From assembly GCA_046598045.1 (NCBI GenBank), contig JBKJJJ010000175.1:1-11543 (forward strand): 11,543 nucleotides of DNA. The letters run 5' to 3'. The notes under the pieces were generated by a model. That model saw only the letters and a list, made by a program, of their open reading frames with translations, had not been told where the DNA came from and searched no databases. The translations under genes and the position numbers were made by a program. The DNA is from Candidatus Eiseniibacteriota bacterium (GTDB lineage: Bacteria > Eisenbacteria > RBG-16-71-46 > DASYSL01). Within the stretch, counting starts at the first letter, position 1. Each line of letters opens with the position of its first letter. Positions 1 to 7,200 of the stretch are shown here, piece by piece.

Positions 1-912
1 GGCGATGTCGGCGCGCGCGACCGTCGCGCCCATCGGCATGCCGTTCGCGATGCCCTTGGCGAAGGTCATGATCTCGGGCGTGACGCCCCAGTGCTCGATG
101 CCGTTCCAGTGCGTGCCCGTGCGGCCGAAGCCGGTCTGCACCTCGTCGCAGATGAACACGCCGCCGTAGCGGCGCACGGTCTCGGCGACGATCGGGAAGA
201 ACTCCTTGGGCGGCGTGATGAACCCGCCCACGCCCTGGATCGGCTCGGCGATCAGCGCCGCGATCTTGCCGTTGGTCGTGGTCTGGATCATCGCTTCCAT
301 GTCCTGCGCGCACTTGACCTCGCAGGACGGATACGTCAGGCCGAACGGGCAGCGATAGCAGTACGCGTTGACCGTGTGCTTGACGCCCGGCACGCCCTCG
401 CCCCAGTGCCGCCACGGGCCCTGCGCGGTGAGCGTCATGGCGAGCGCGGAGCGGCCCGAGTAGCCGTGGCGCAGCGCGATGACTTCCGTATGGCCGGTGA
501 ACAGGCGCGCGGTCAGGACCGCGGTCTCGTCGGCCTCGGTGCCCGAGTTCGTGAAGAACACCTTCGAGGGGCGGCCCTTGGCGTCGGCCTTGATCGGGGT
601 CAGGTCGCCGATGCGCTCGGCGAGCGAGACCATGCGCTCATTCGGGTAGAGCGTCGAGGTGTGGCCGAGCGTCTTCGCCTGCTCGCCGATCGCGCCCGAG
701 ACCTTGTCGTTGCAGTGCCCGACCGACACCGTGAGGATGCCGCCGAAGAAATCGAGGTACTTGTTCCCCTCGACGTCCCACACGTGCATGCCCTTCGCGT
801 GGTCGAGCGCGATCGGCTGCTTGTAGTAGTTCGAGATGTTCGGGAACAGGCGTTCCTTGTGGCGCTTGACGATGTCCACGCTCGACGACTTGGTTGCGCT
901 CGGCGTGCTCAC
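1..912 (-). CDS. Class III PLP-dependent aminotransferase (AGXT2/beta-alanine aminotransferase-like), 3' end outside the window
   Basis: Not in the ORF track; translated by hand from GTG at 912: MSTPSATKSSSVDIVKRHKERLFPNISNYYKQPIALDHAKGMHVWDVEGNKYLDFFGGILTVSVGHCN...VFFTNSGTEADE...GYSGR...IAEPIQGVGG...FICDEVQTGFGRTG...IMTFAKGIANGMPMGA. It contains the class III DEVQTGFGRTG signature and the PLP lysine in FAKG. The start overlaps the nitrilase stop (GTGA) and has GGAGG upstream. Confidence 0.93.
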   Translation of the reverse strand, partial: MSTPSATKSSSVDIVKRHKERLFPNISNYYKQPIALDHAKGMHVWDVEGNKYLDFFGGILTVSVGHCNDKVSGAIGEQAKTLGHTSTLYPNERMVSLAERIGDLTPIKADAKGRPSKVFFTNSGTEADETAVLTARLFTGHTEVIALRHGYSGRSALAMTLTAQGPWRHWGEGVPGVKHTVNAYCYRCPFGLTYPSCEVKCAQDMEAMIQTTTNGKIAALIAEPIQGVGGFITPPKEFFPIVAETVRRYGGVFICDEVQTGFGRTGTHWNGIEHWGVTPEIMTFAKGIANGMPMGATVARADIA

Positions 913-1784
913 GCTTGCACCTCCGCCATTTCGGTGTAGGTCTCGGGGCGCCGGTCGCGGAAGAACTGCCACGTGTTGCGCACTTCCTTGATGACGTCGA
1001 GGTCGAGATCGGAGACCACGAGTTCGTCCTGGTCGCGGCTGCCGACGGCGAGCATCTTGCCGCGCGGGTCGCAGAAGTAGCTCTGCCCGTAGAACTCGCC
1101 GATCGCCCACGGCTGCTCGACGCCGACGCGGTTGATCGCGCCCACGAAGTAACCATTCGCGACGGCGTGCGCGGGCTGCCCGAGCTTCCACAGGTACTCG
1201 GAGAGGCCGGCGACCGTGGCCGAGGGGTTGTACACGATCTCGGCGCCGTGCAGGCCGAGCATGCGCGCGCCCTCCGGGAAGTGGCGGTCGTAGCAGATGT
1301 AGACGCCGATGCGCGCGAACTTCGTCTGGAAGGTCGGGTAGCCGAGGTTGCCCGGCTTGAAATAAAACTTCTCCCAGAACCCGGGCGCGACCTGCGGGAT
1401 GTGGTTCTTGCGGTACTTGCCGAGGTAGCTGCCGTCGGCGTCGATCACGGCGGCGGTGTTGTAGTACACGCCGTCCATCTCGCGCTCGTAGATGGGGAGG
1501 ACGATCACCATGCCGTGCTTCTTCGCCAGCTCCATGAACAGCTTCGTGGTCTTGCCGTCGGGCACGGGCTCGGTGAAGTCGTACCACTTCGTGGTCTGCT
1601 CGGCGCAGAAGTAGGGCCCGTTGAACAGCTCCTGGAAGCAGAGGATCTGGACGCCCTGTTGCGCGGCCTGCTCGACGAAGCCGAGGGCCTTCTTCATCTG
1701 CGCGTCGTAAATCGCCTCGAGGCTGGCGGTACCGTCGAGCTCGAACCGGGTCTGCACCAGACCCGAACGGACGATGCGGGGCAT
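909..1784 (-). CDS. Nitrilase-superfamily carbon-nitrogen hydrolase, probable beta-ureidopropionase (N-carbamoyl-beta-alanine amidohydrolase), 291 aa
   Basis: Glu-Lys-Cys triad motifs CFQELF, YRKNHIP and YICYDRHFPE, plus NPSAT, AINRVG, EFYGQSY and WQFFRDRRP. Start placed at ATG 1784 (MPRIVRSGLVQ) with GGAG upstream, rather than 1973 as in the ORF track. Confidence 0.9.
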   Translation of the reverse strand: MPRIVRSGLVQTRFELDGTASLEAIYDAQMKKALGFVEQAAQQGVQILCFQELFNGPYFCAEQTTKWYDFTEPVPDGKTTKLFMELAKKHGMVIVLPIYEREMDGVYYNTAAVIDADGSYLGKYRKNHIPQVAPGFWEKFYFKPGNLGYPTFQTKFARIGVYICYDRHFPEGARMLGLHGAEIVYNPSATVAGLSEYLWKLGQPAHAVANGYFVGAINRVGVEQPWAIGEFYGQSYFCDPRGKMLAVGSRDQDELVVSDLDLDVIKEVRNTWQFFRDRRPETYTEMAEVQA

Positions 1785-1860
1785 GCACGACTCCATGTCA
1801 GGGATCGGGCGATGGGAAGCCCGGGACCACCGGCCCGTCAACGGCCCCGGGAGCCCCGGG

Positions 1861-1889
1861 ATGATACGCCAATCGCGGGAATGGGTCAG
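1861..1889 (-). promoter_or_regulatory. Putative sigma70-type promoter for the nitrilase-aminotransferase operon
   Basis: Minus strand reads CTGACC-N17-TATCAT, about 77 nt upstream of ATG 1784. Confidence 0.5.
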
Positions 1890-1989
1890 CGGGAGTGTTC
1901 GGTGGGCTGGGATCCGCCGAAGGGTAGGCGGACCGCCTCGGGAGCGGGGCGCTTGGCCGGATTGGCAGGGCAAGGGGGCGGCCCCTTCA

Positions 1990-1998
1990 TGCTAGACT
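1990..1998 (+). promoter_or_regulatory. Putative extended -10 promoter element for the 2035 gene
   Basis: TGcTAGACT (TGn-TANNNT), 36 nt before the GTG start; SD GGAGG at 2026-2030. Confidence 0.45.
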
Positions 1999-2034
1999 TC
2001 TCACCCATCTCGGAAGACCGGAATCGGAGGAACG

Positions 2035-4038
2035 GTGCGCCTTGCTCGATGGCTGACGGTGCTGGCGAGTCTCACATGCCCCCTGTGGTCGCCCTCTGCG
2101 GCGCTGGCGCAGTGGGCACCCGATGGCGTGGTCGTCTGTGACGATCCGAGCGCCCAGGCGTGGCCCCACGCTGTCACGGACGGATCAGGTGGGGCGTTCG
2201 TGCTGTGGCAGGACCGCAGATCGAGCACGCCCGACGCGTTGTACCTTCAACATCTCACGGCTTCGGGAACCATTGCCGCAGGATGGCCCGTCAATGGAGA
2301 ACCGATCATCACGGCCCACTATCTCAACTGGCTAACCGTGATTTCGGATGGTCAGGGCGGCGTCCTCGTCGGCTTTGCGGATTCGCGGGATCTGAATTTT
2401 GTCACGGGGGTCGACGCCTATTGCATCCGGATCCTCGGCGATGGCTCTGTCGCTCCGGGCTGGATTCCATCCGGTACGCCGGTCTGCACCGCGCCAACGG
2501 ATCAATTCGGTCCCAGCATCGTATCCGATGGTTCCGGAGGCGTGCTGGCTGTCTGGTCGGACAAACGAAACGGCACCGCGAATGAAATGATTTATGGGCA
2601 GCACTTGACGTCGGACGGAAGCATCGCCTCGGGTTGGGAACGGGATGGGGTGATCATCGATGACACACCGAATTCTGGCGGCGGAGGGAAGTACAATCCG
2701 ATTCCGGTTGCGGACGGAGCCGGGGGCATGATCGTCATCTGGAGCGACACTCGCCACTATGCGCTCACTGGGTTGGACATCTACGCCCAGCGAATTTCGG
2801 GCGCAGGCGAATTCTTCGATACGTGGAGAAGTATCGGCGATCCAATTTGTACCCTTCCGGGCCTCCAGCATGCCGAAGCGGCCGTCCCTGACGGAGCAGG
2901 CGGTGCATTCGTGACATGGGTGGACGCTGGAATGGACCCCAATTTGTTCCAATACGACATCTACCTCTCCCGCATCCGCGGCAACAGCCGCGTGGCGACA
3001 GGATGGCCGACCAACGGCCTCGTCTTGTCCGACGCGCCGGGGACCCAGCAGGCTCCATACTTGGCTGTAGATGGCCTGGGCGGCGTGATCGTCGCGTGGG
3101 ACGACCGCGGACCCGGCGGCACCGGCGCCCATGCGACGCGCGTCCTCGCGAATGGGTCAATCCCCTCGGGCTGGGTGGCCAATGGCAACCCGGTCGTTCT
3201 CCCGCCGGGGGTAGACCCACGTATCGCCGGCGACGGAGCGGGTGGAGCTTTTGTGTTGCTCACGACTTACCGTGACAACCATCCCTCCGAATACATCATG
3301 CGGCTCGGACCCGATGGCGGTCCCTCCCCCGGATGGCCGGGGGCAGGTCGCCTCGTCGAGAACAACCCCACGGGCTGGGATGGCGACAGGTCACTTGCCC
3401 CTGACGCAAGCGGAGGAGCCTTCGTGGTCTGGAACCGCTTGGAGGGCAATGGCAACATCTACGCCCAACACTTCCCGCATGACCTGCCTGTCGCAGCCCT
3501 GCCCTCGCTCACGAGCGCAAGCGCCGAGCCCGGAATCGCGATGCTCGCGTGGTTCGTCAGCGGAGGACTCGATCCCGGCTCTTCGGTCGAGCGCCAGGAC
3601 GCGGGAGCTGACTGGGTTCCCGTCGGCGCCCCAACCGACGACGGCGTCGGACACCTCACGTTCGAGGATCGCGGTGTGCCCGCGGGCCACCATGGTTATC
3701 GCCTTCGCTATCGACTCAACGGGACCGAAGGCGTCACCGACGCCGCCTGGGTCGACGTGCCCGCGACTGCGGGCTTGAGCCTGGCGGGCTTCCTCCCGAA
3801 CCCGGCGCGGGGTGCGCTTCCGGTGTCCTTCTCGCTGCCGAACGGCGAGCCGGCCCGCCTCGAACTGTTCACGATCGGCGGGCGACGGGTGGCCGCGCGC
3901 GAGGTGGGCTCGTCGGGCGCGGGGACGCACGTCCTGCCGATGCAGCCTGCCGAGGCCCTGCCCGGTGGCGTCTACTGGCTCCGTTTGACGCAAGGCGCGC
4001 GGTCGCTGACGACCAAGGGCATCGTGCTCGGGCGCTGA
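2035..4038 (+). CDS. Secreted repeat protein: eight DGxGG-hydrophobic-W repeats (probable beta-propeller) plus a C-terminal T9SS type A sorting/FlgD-Ig-like domain, 667 aa
   Basis: GGAGG SD; signal peptide ending ALA|Q; repeats DGSGGAFVLW, DGQGGVLVGF, DGSGGVLAVW, DGAGGMIVIW, DGAGGAFVTW, DGLGGVIVAW, DGAGGAFVLL and DASGGAFVVW, interleaved with GWxxxG motifs; C-terminus FLPNPA...LELFTIGGRRV...LPGGVYWLRL...TTKGIVLGR. Confidence 0.85.
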   Translation: MRLARWLTVLASLTCPLWSPSAALAQWAPDGVVVCDDPSAQAWPHAVTDGSGGAFVLWQDRRSSTPDALYLQHLTASGTIAAGWPVNGEPIITAHYLNWLTVISDGQGGVLVGFADSRDLNFVTGVDAYCIRILGDGSVAPGWIPSGTPVCTAPTDQFGPSIVSDGSGGVLAVWSDKRNGTANEMIYGQHLTSDGSIASGWERDGVIIDDTPNSGGGGKYNPIPVADGAGGMIVIWSDTRHYALTGLDIYAQRISGAGEFFDTWRSIGDPICTLPGLQHAEAAVPDGAGGAFVTWVDAGMDPNLFQYDIYLSRIRGNSRVATGWPTNGLVLSDAPGTQQAPYLAVDGLGGVIVAWDDRGPGGTGAHATRVLANGSIPSGWVANGNPVVLPPGVDPRIAGDGAGGAFVLLTTYRDNHPSEYIMRLGPDGGPSPGWPGAGRLVENNPTGWDGDRSLAPDASGGAFVVWNRLEGNGNIYAQHFPHDLPVAALPSLTSASAEPGIAMLAWFVSGGLDPGSSVERQDAGADWVPVGAPTDDGVGHLTFEDRGVPAGHHGYRLRYRLNGTEGVTDAAWVDVPATAGLSLAGFLPNPARGALPVSFSLPNGEPARLELFTIGGRRVAAREVGSSGAGTHVLPMQPAEALPGGVYWLRLTQGARSLTTKGIVLGR

Positions 4039-4059
4039 TTCCGGCCTTTCCTCGACCAA

Positions 4060-4236
4060 ATGCAGCGTAGCGGACGAATACACGGCCCGGCGGCCATGTG
4101 TGTTAGGGTCCTAGTGCCTGCCCACGCGCCCCTGGGCTTCGGGGCCATCGGTTTACTGCTCGACCTGGCCCACCTGATGTTCCCCAACCATCCGGTCCTC
4201 GCGATCGCGATCGGGTTGGCTGCTTTCACTGTGTGA
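4060..4236 (+). CDS. Possible small hydrophobic protein (58 aa, or 46 aa from ATG 4096)
   Basis: Translated by hand: MQRSGRIHGPAAMCVRVLVPAHAPLGFGAIGLLLDLAHLMFPNHPVLAIAIGLAAFTV*. Two hydrophobic segments, no clear SD, and shorter than any ORF listed in the track. Confidence 0.3.
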   Translation: MQRSGRIHGPAAMCVRVLVPAHAPLGFGAIGLLLDLAHLMFPNHPVLAIAIGLAAFTV

Positions 4237-4276
4237 AAGCGATTCCGTTCCAATGCTGTCCGAAACCGGAGGATTC

Positions 4277-5713
4277 ATGCCTTTTGCCGCACTCGGCCTG
4301 CCCGCACCCCTCGTCAAGGGTGTGCGCGCCGCCGGCTACACCGCTCCCACCCCCGTCCAGGCGAAGGCGATCCCGATGGTCCTGTCGGGACGTGACCTGA
4401 TCGCCGCCGCACAGACCGGCACCGGCAAGACGGCCGCGTTCATCCTGCCGATCCTCGCGCACCTGCTCAAGGGCGGGGAGCGCCTGCGCGCGCTCGTGCT
4501 CACGCCGACGCGCGAACTCGCGGCGCAGATCGAGACCAACGCGCGGGACTACGCGCGCTTCACCAACCTCAAGGTCGGCGTCGTGTTCGGCGGCGTGCCG
4601 ATCGGGCCCCAGGAGCGCATGCTGCGCGGCAGCGGGGTCGACCTGCTGGTCGCCACGCCGGGCCGCCTGCTCGATCTGCAGGGCCGCCAGAGCGTGAGCC
4701 TCGACGAGGTCGAGATTCTCGTGCTCGACGAGGCCGACCGCATGGTCGACATGGGCTTCGCGCCCGACCTGAAGCGCATCCTTCGCCTGCTGCCGGACAA
4801 GCGCCAGACGCTGCTGTTCTCGGCCACGATGCCGCCCGAGCTCAACAAGGTCGCGAAGGAAACGCTGCACGATCCGAACCGCCTCGACCTCGCGCCGCCG
4901 TCGCGGCCCGCGGCCGGCATCACGCAGGCCGTGTACCCGGTGCCGCGGCACCTCAAGACCGACCTGCTCGACGTGCTGCTGCGCGAGACCGACACCGGCG
5001 GCGTGATCGTCTTCACGCGCACCAAGCACGGCGCGGCCCGTCTCGCGCGCAACCTCGAGCGCAAGGGCCACTCGGTGTCCGCGCTCCACGGCGACCGCAC
5101 GCAGAGCCAGCGCGAGCGCGCGCTCTCGGACCTGAGGCGCGGGAAGATCGACGTGCTGGTCGCGACCGATATCGCCTCGCGCGGCATCGACGTCAACGAC
5201 CTGACGCATGTCATCAACTTCGACGTGCCGCACACCCCCGAGGACTACGTGCACCGCATCGGCCGCACCGGCCGCGTGGACGCGCTCGGCGATGCATTCA
5301 CGTTCATGGCGCCCGAGGAGAGCAAGGACGTCACCGGCATCGAGCGCTTCCTCGGCAAGACCATCCCGCGCGTGATGCTGCCTGATTTCGATTACAAGGC
5401 GCGCGCGACGGTCCCGGCCGGCGGCCGCTCCGAGCGCGAGGAAGAGCGCGGCGGGCGCAGCGGCGGACGCGGGCGTCCCGGCGGCGGCGGTGGTCGCGGG
5501 GACAGCCGCGGCGAGAGCCGTGGCGGGCGCGGCTCCTCCCAGGGCGTGGTCAGCGTCGTGCGGCATGGCGCGGGATCCTCGTCCCAGGCTTCGCGGTCCG
5601 GCTCGGGCTCCAGCGGGGGCGGAGGCGGCAATGCGGCCTCGCAGGCCGGTCCGACGCACGGCCGGCGCCCGAAGGCGGGCGACAGCACGCGGCGCGGGCG
5701 GCGTCGCATCTAG
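4277..5713 (+). CDS. rhlE: DEAD-box ATP-dependent RNA helicase, RhlE-like, with an Arg/Gly/Ser-rich C-terminal tail, 478 aa
   Basis: Q motif GYTAPTPVQ, motif I AQTGTGKT, Ia PTRELA, GG doublet, Ib TPGRLLD, II DEAD, III SAT, V ATDIASRGID and VI HRIGRTGR; no DbpA domain evident. SD GGAGG at 4268-4272 precedes ATG 4277. The family is secure; the symbol is a best guess. Confidence 0.93.
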   Translation: MPFAALGLPAPLVKGVRAAGYTAPTPVQAKAIPMVLSGRDLIAAAQTGTGKTAAFILPILAHLLKGGERLRALVLTPTRELAAQIETNARDYARFTNLKVGVVFGGVPIGPQERMLRGSGVDLLVATPGRLLDLQGRQSVSLDEVEILVLDEADRMVDMGFAPDLKRILRLLPDKRQTLLFSATMPPELNKVAKETLHDPNRLDLAPPSRPAAGITQAVYPVPRHLKTDLLDVLLRETDTGGVIVFTRTKHGAARLARNLERKGHSVSALHGDRTQSQRERALSDLRRGKIDVLVATDIASRGIDVNDLTHVINFDVPHTPEDYVHRIGRTGRVDALGDAFTFMAPEESKDVTGIERFLGKTIPRVMLPDFDYKARATVPAGGRSEREEERGGRSGGRGRPGGGGGRGDSRGESRGGRGSSQGVVSVVRHGAGSSSQASRSGSGSSGGGGGNAASQAGPTHGRRPKAGDSTRRGRRRI

Positions 5714-5743
5714 CAACCCAAGTTCGCAGGCCATCTGGCCGAT

Positions 5744-5789
5744 AACTCCCGGAGCGGACGCGCCCTCCCGGCGCGACCGCCCGGGAGTT
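5744..5789 (+). promoter_or_regulatory. 19-bp intergenic hairpin (3'-end structure or RBS-occluding stem)
   Basis: AACTCCCGG/CCGGGAGTT, GCGG/CCGC and CGCGCC/GGCGCG around loop CTCCC, with one bulge and one A-A mismatch. Only a weak U-tract follows. Confidence 0.6.
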
Positions 5790-5794
5790 CGCCT

Positions 5795-6700
5795 TTGGAC
5801 CCGCACCTCGCCCATCCCGAGCCATCCCCCCGCGCCGCGCTCGTCCACCACGGTCTGCGCGCGGCGCTGATCGCGCAGGCCGTCGTCGGCTCGCTGTGCG
5901 GGCTTGCTGCGGCGTTCGTCATCCCCGCGCTCCAGTTCCGGCTCGAGGCCTCGCGCGACGCCAAGGCGTTCGCCCTGATCGCCGTGACCGCGACCCTGCT
6001 CGCCGCCCTCGAGGCAGGCCTGGTCGCGGTGTGGAGCGCGCGCCGCGTGCATGCAGCGGAACCTGAGGTCCTCCCGCTGCGCCGGGTGCGGCGCCGCGAG
6101 CTCGCGTTCGCATTCCTCCTGCCGATCGCGTGCACGATCCTCGCGGTGCGCGGGCGGGCGGCGCTGATCGAACGCGAGGATCCGCTGCTCGCGTACCTCG
6201 AGCGCGGGCTCTCCCGCCGGCTCGCGCAGCCCGGGATCGGCTCGGCGGCCACGCTCGAAATCGACGAGGGCAAGCTCATGCTCGTGGTGCCGACCTACCT
6301 CGCGCGCCGCGCGGCGTGGAGCGTCGAAGTCGACGCCGCGGATACCGAAGGTCGCCGCTGCGCCCTGCACGCGCGCGCCACGTTCGGCGCGGACCCGGTC
6401 CTCCTGCACGTGCCGATTCCGCTGCGCTCGGCCGAGATGCGCGACCGCGACTTCTCGCTCGTGCCGGGCTCGATGGTGGTGGTGCGCTCGATTCGGTTCG
6501 CCGCGGACCCGAGCGATCCGGCACTGAAGACCGGCCAGCCCGCGGTATTCGCGCGCGAGCTGGACCTGATCTACGAGGTGCCGCCGCTCGCGCGCGGGGC
6601 GAAGAGCAACGCGGACTTCGTCGGCGCGCCGGCGGGGCTTGGGCGCGCCGTTCATGCGGGGCTTGAGGGCCGCCCGGCAGGGGCGCTCGCTCAGCGGTAG
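5795..6700 (+). CDS. Hypothetical membrane protein (about 3 N-terminal TM segments and a soluble C-terminal domain), 301 aa
   Basis: TTG start with GGGAG upstream (start uncertain); hydrophobic segments ALIAQAVVGSLCGLAAAFVIPAL, AFALIAVTATLLAALEAGLVAVW and LAFAFLLPIACTILAV; GC3-rich coding-like frame; no family recognised. Confidence 0.7.
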   Translation: MDPHLAHPEPSPRAALVHHGLRAALIAQAVVGSLCGLAAAFVIPALQFRLEASRDAKAFALIAVTATLLAALEAGLVAVWSARRVHAAEPEVLPLRRVRRRELAFAFLLPIACTILAVRGRAALIEREDPLLAYLERGLSRRLAQPGIGSAATLEIDEGKLMLVVPTYLARRAAWSVEVDAADTEGRRCALHARATFGADPVLLHVPIPLRSAEMRDRDFSLVPGSMVVVRSIRFAADPSDPALKTGQPAVFARELDLIYEVPPLARGAKSNADFVGAPAGLGRAVHAGLEGRPAGALAQR

Positions 6701-7200
6701 ACGAAGTCCCGCCAGCGGATCCAGCCGCCCGAGTTCTTCCCGCCCTGCGGGTCGCGGTGCGTCCAGTGCACGATCCCGCCCTGCTCCGACCAGATGTACT
6801 CGCCGCGAAAACTCACAGCGTCCCCGCGCTTGCACGGCACGCGCGGCGCGAGGTCGATGTTGTGCGCGATCATCACCGTCAGGTCGTCCGCGCCGTCGAT
6901 GCGCACCACGAAGCGCTCGTGGCGCGGGCGCTTCGTGTCCTCGCGCAGGAAGCGGGTGACGGTGCCGGAGTCCTCGACCCAGACGTGGGTCAGGTGCTCG
7001 CGGTACGCCTGGCCGATCCGGGGGGAGGTTGCTACGGCGGCGACGCGCTTGGGCTGGGAGGTTGCGTCGGCGGGCCTGTTGCTACGATCGCAGGCGCTGG
7101 TCGTGATCGCGAGCAGGAGACAGGCCGTGACCGCCCCAGCGCAGTGTTTCAAGTTGAACGTGCCGCGCGGCACGTTCACTTTGAAACACCGCCGCGACAT
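6691..7200 (-). CDS. DUF3465 domain-containing putative lipoprotein, about 169 aa
   Basis: Family motifs GTVTRFLRED..RHERF, IAHNIDLAPRV, GDAVSFRGEYIW and GGIVHWTHRDPQG..GGWI; lipobox-like LLLAITTSA|C. Start is ATG 7200 (GGGGA upstream) or TTG 7152. Confidence 0.85.
   Translation of the reverse strand: MSRRCFKVNVPRGTFNLKHCAGAVTACLLLAITTSACDRSNRPADATSQPKRVAAVATSPRIGQAYREHLTHVWVEDSGTVTRFLREDTKRPRHERFVVRIDGADDLTVMIAHNIDLAPRVPCKRGDAVSFRGEYIWSEQGGIVHWTHRDPQGGKNSGGWIRWRDFVYR
7144..7189. repeat. 46-bp near-perfect loopless palindrome
   Basis: GTGTTTCAAGTTGAACGTGCCGC|GCGGCACGTTCACTTTGAAACAC; 21 of 23 positions pair, centre at 7166/7167. Confidence 0.95.

Noticed and set aside
91..2141. Plus-strand ORFs 91..939 (282 aa) and 894..2141 (415 aa)
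   Set aside because: Antisense shadows of the aminotransferase and nitrilase; Arg/Ala-rich with no motifs, as expected from the scarcity of stops in GC-rich DNA.
2035..3480. CRISPR array, DNA tandem repeat or DGR target in the repeat gene
   Set aside because: The repeats are visible only at protein level and are diverged in DNA. I saw no near-identical template/variable repeat pair and no reverse transcriptase in the window.
5744..5789. Integron attC site (AAC...GTT-bounded hairpin with a bulge)
   Set aside because: Shorter than typical attC sites, flanks do not fit RYYYAAC/GTTRRRY, and there is no integrase or cassette array in the window.
4226..6835. 869-aa minus-strand ORF
   Set aside because: Antisense to the helicase and the membrane protein; no recognisable domain and shadow-like composition.
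7144..7189. Calling the palindrome a canonical parS, dif or attC site
   Set aside because: The best match to the 16-bp parS consensus is about 12-13/16, it does not resemble dif XerC/XerD arms, and it lacks RYYYAAC/GTTRRRY ends. Kept only as a parS-like hypothesis.
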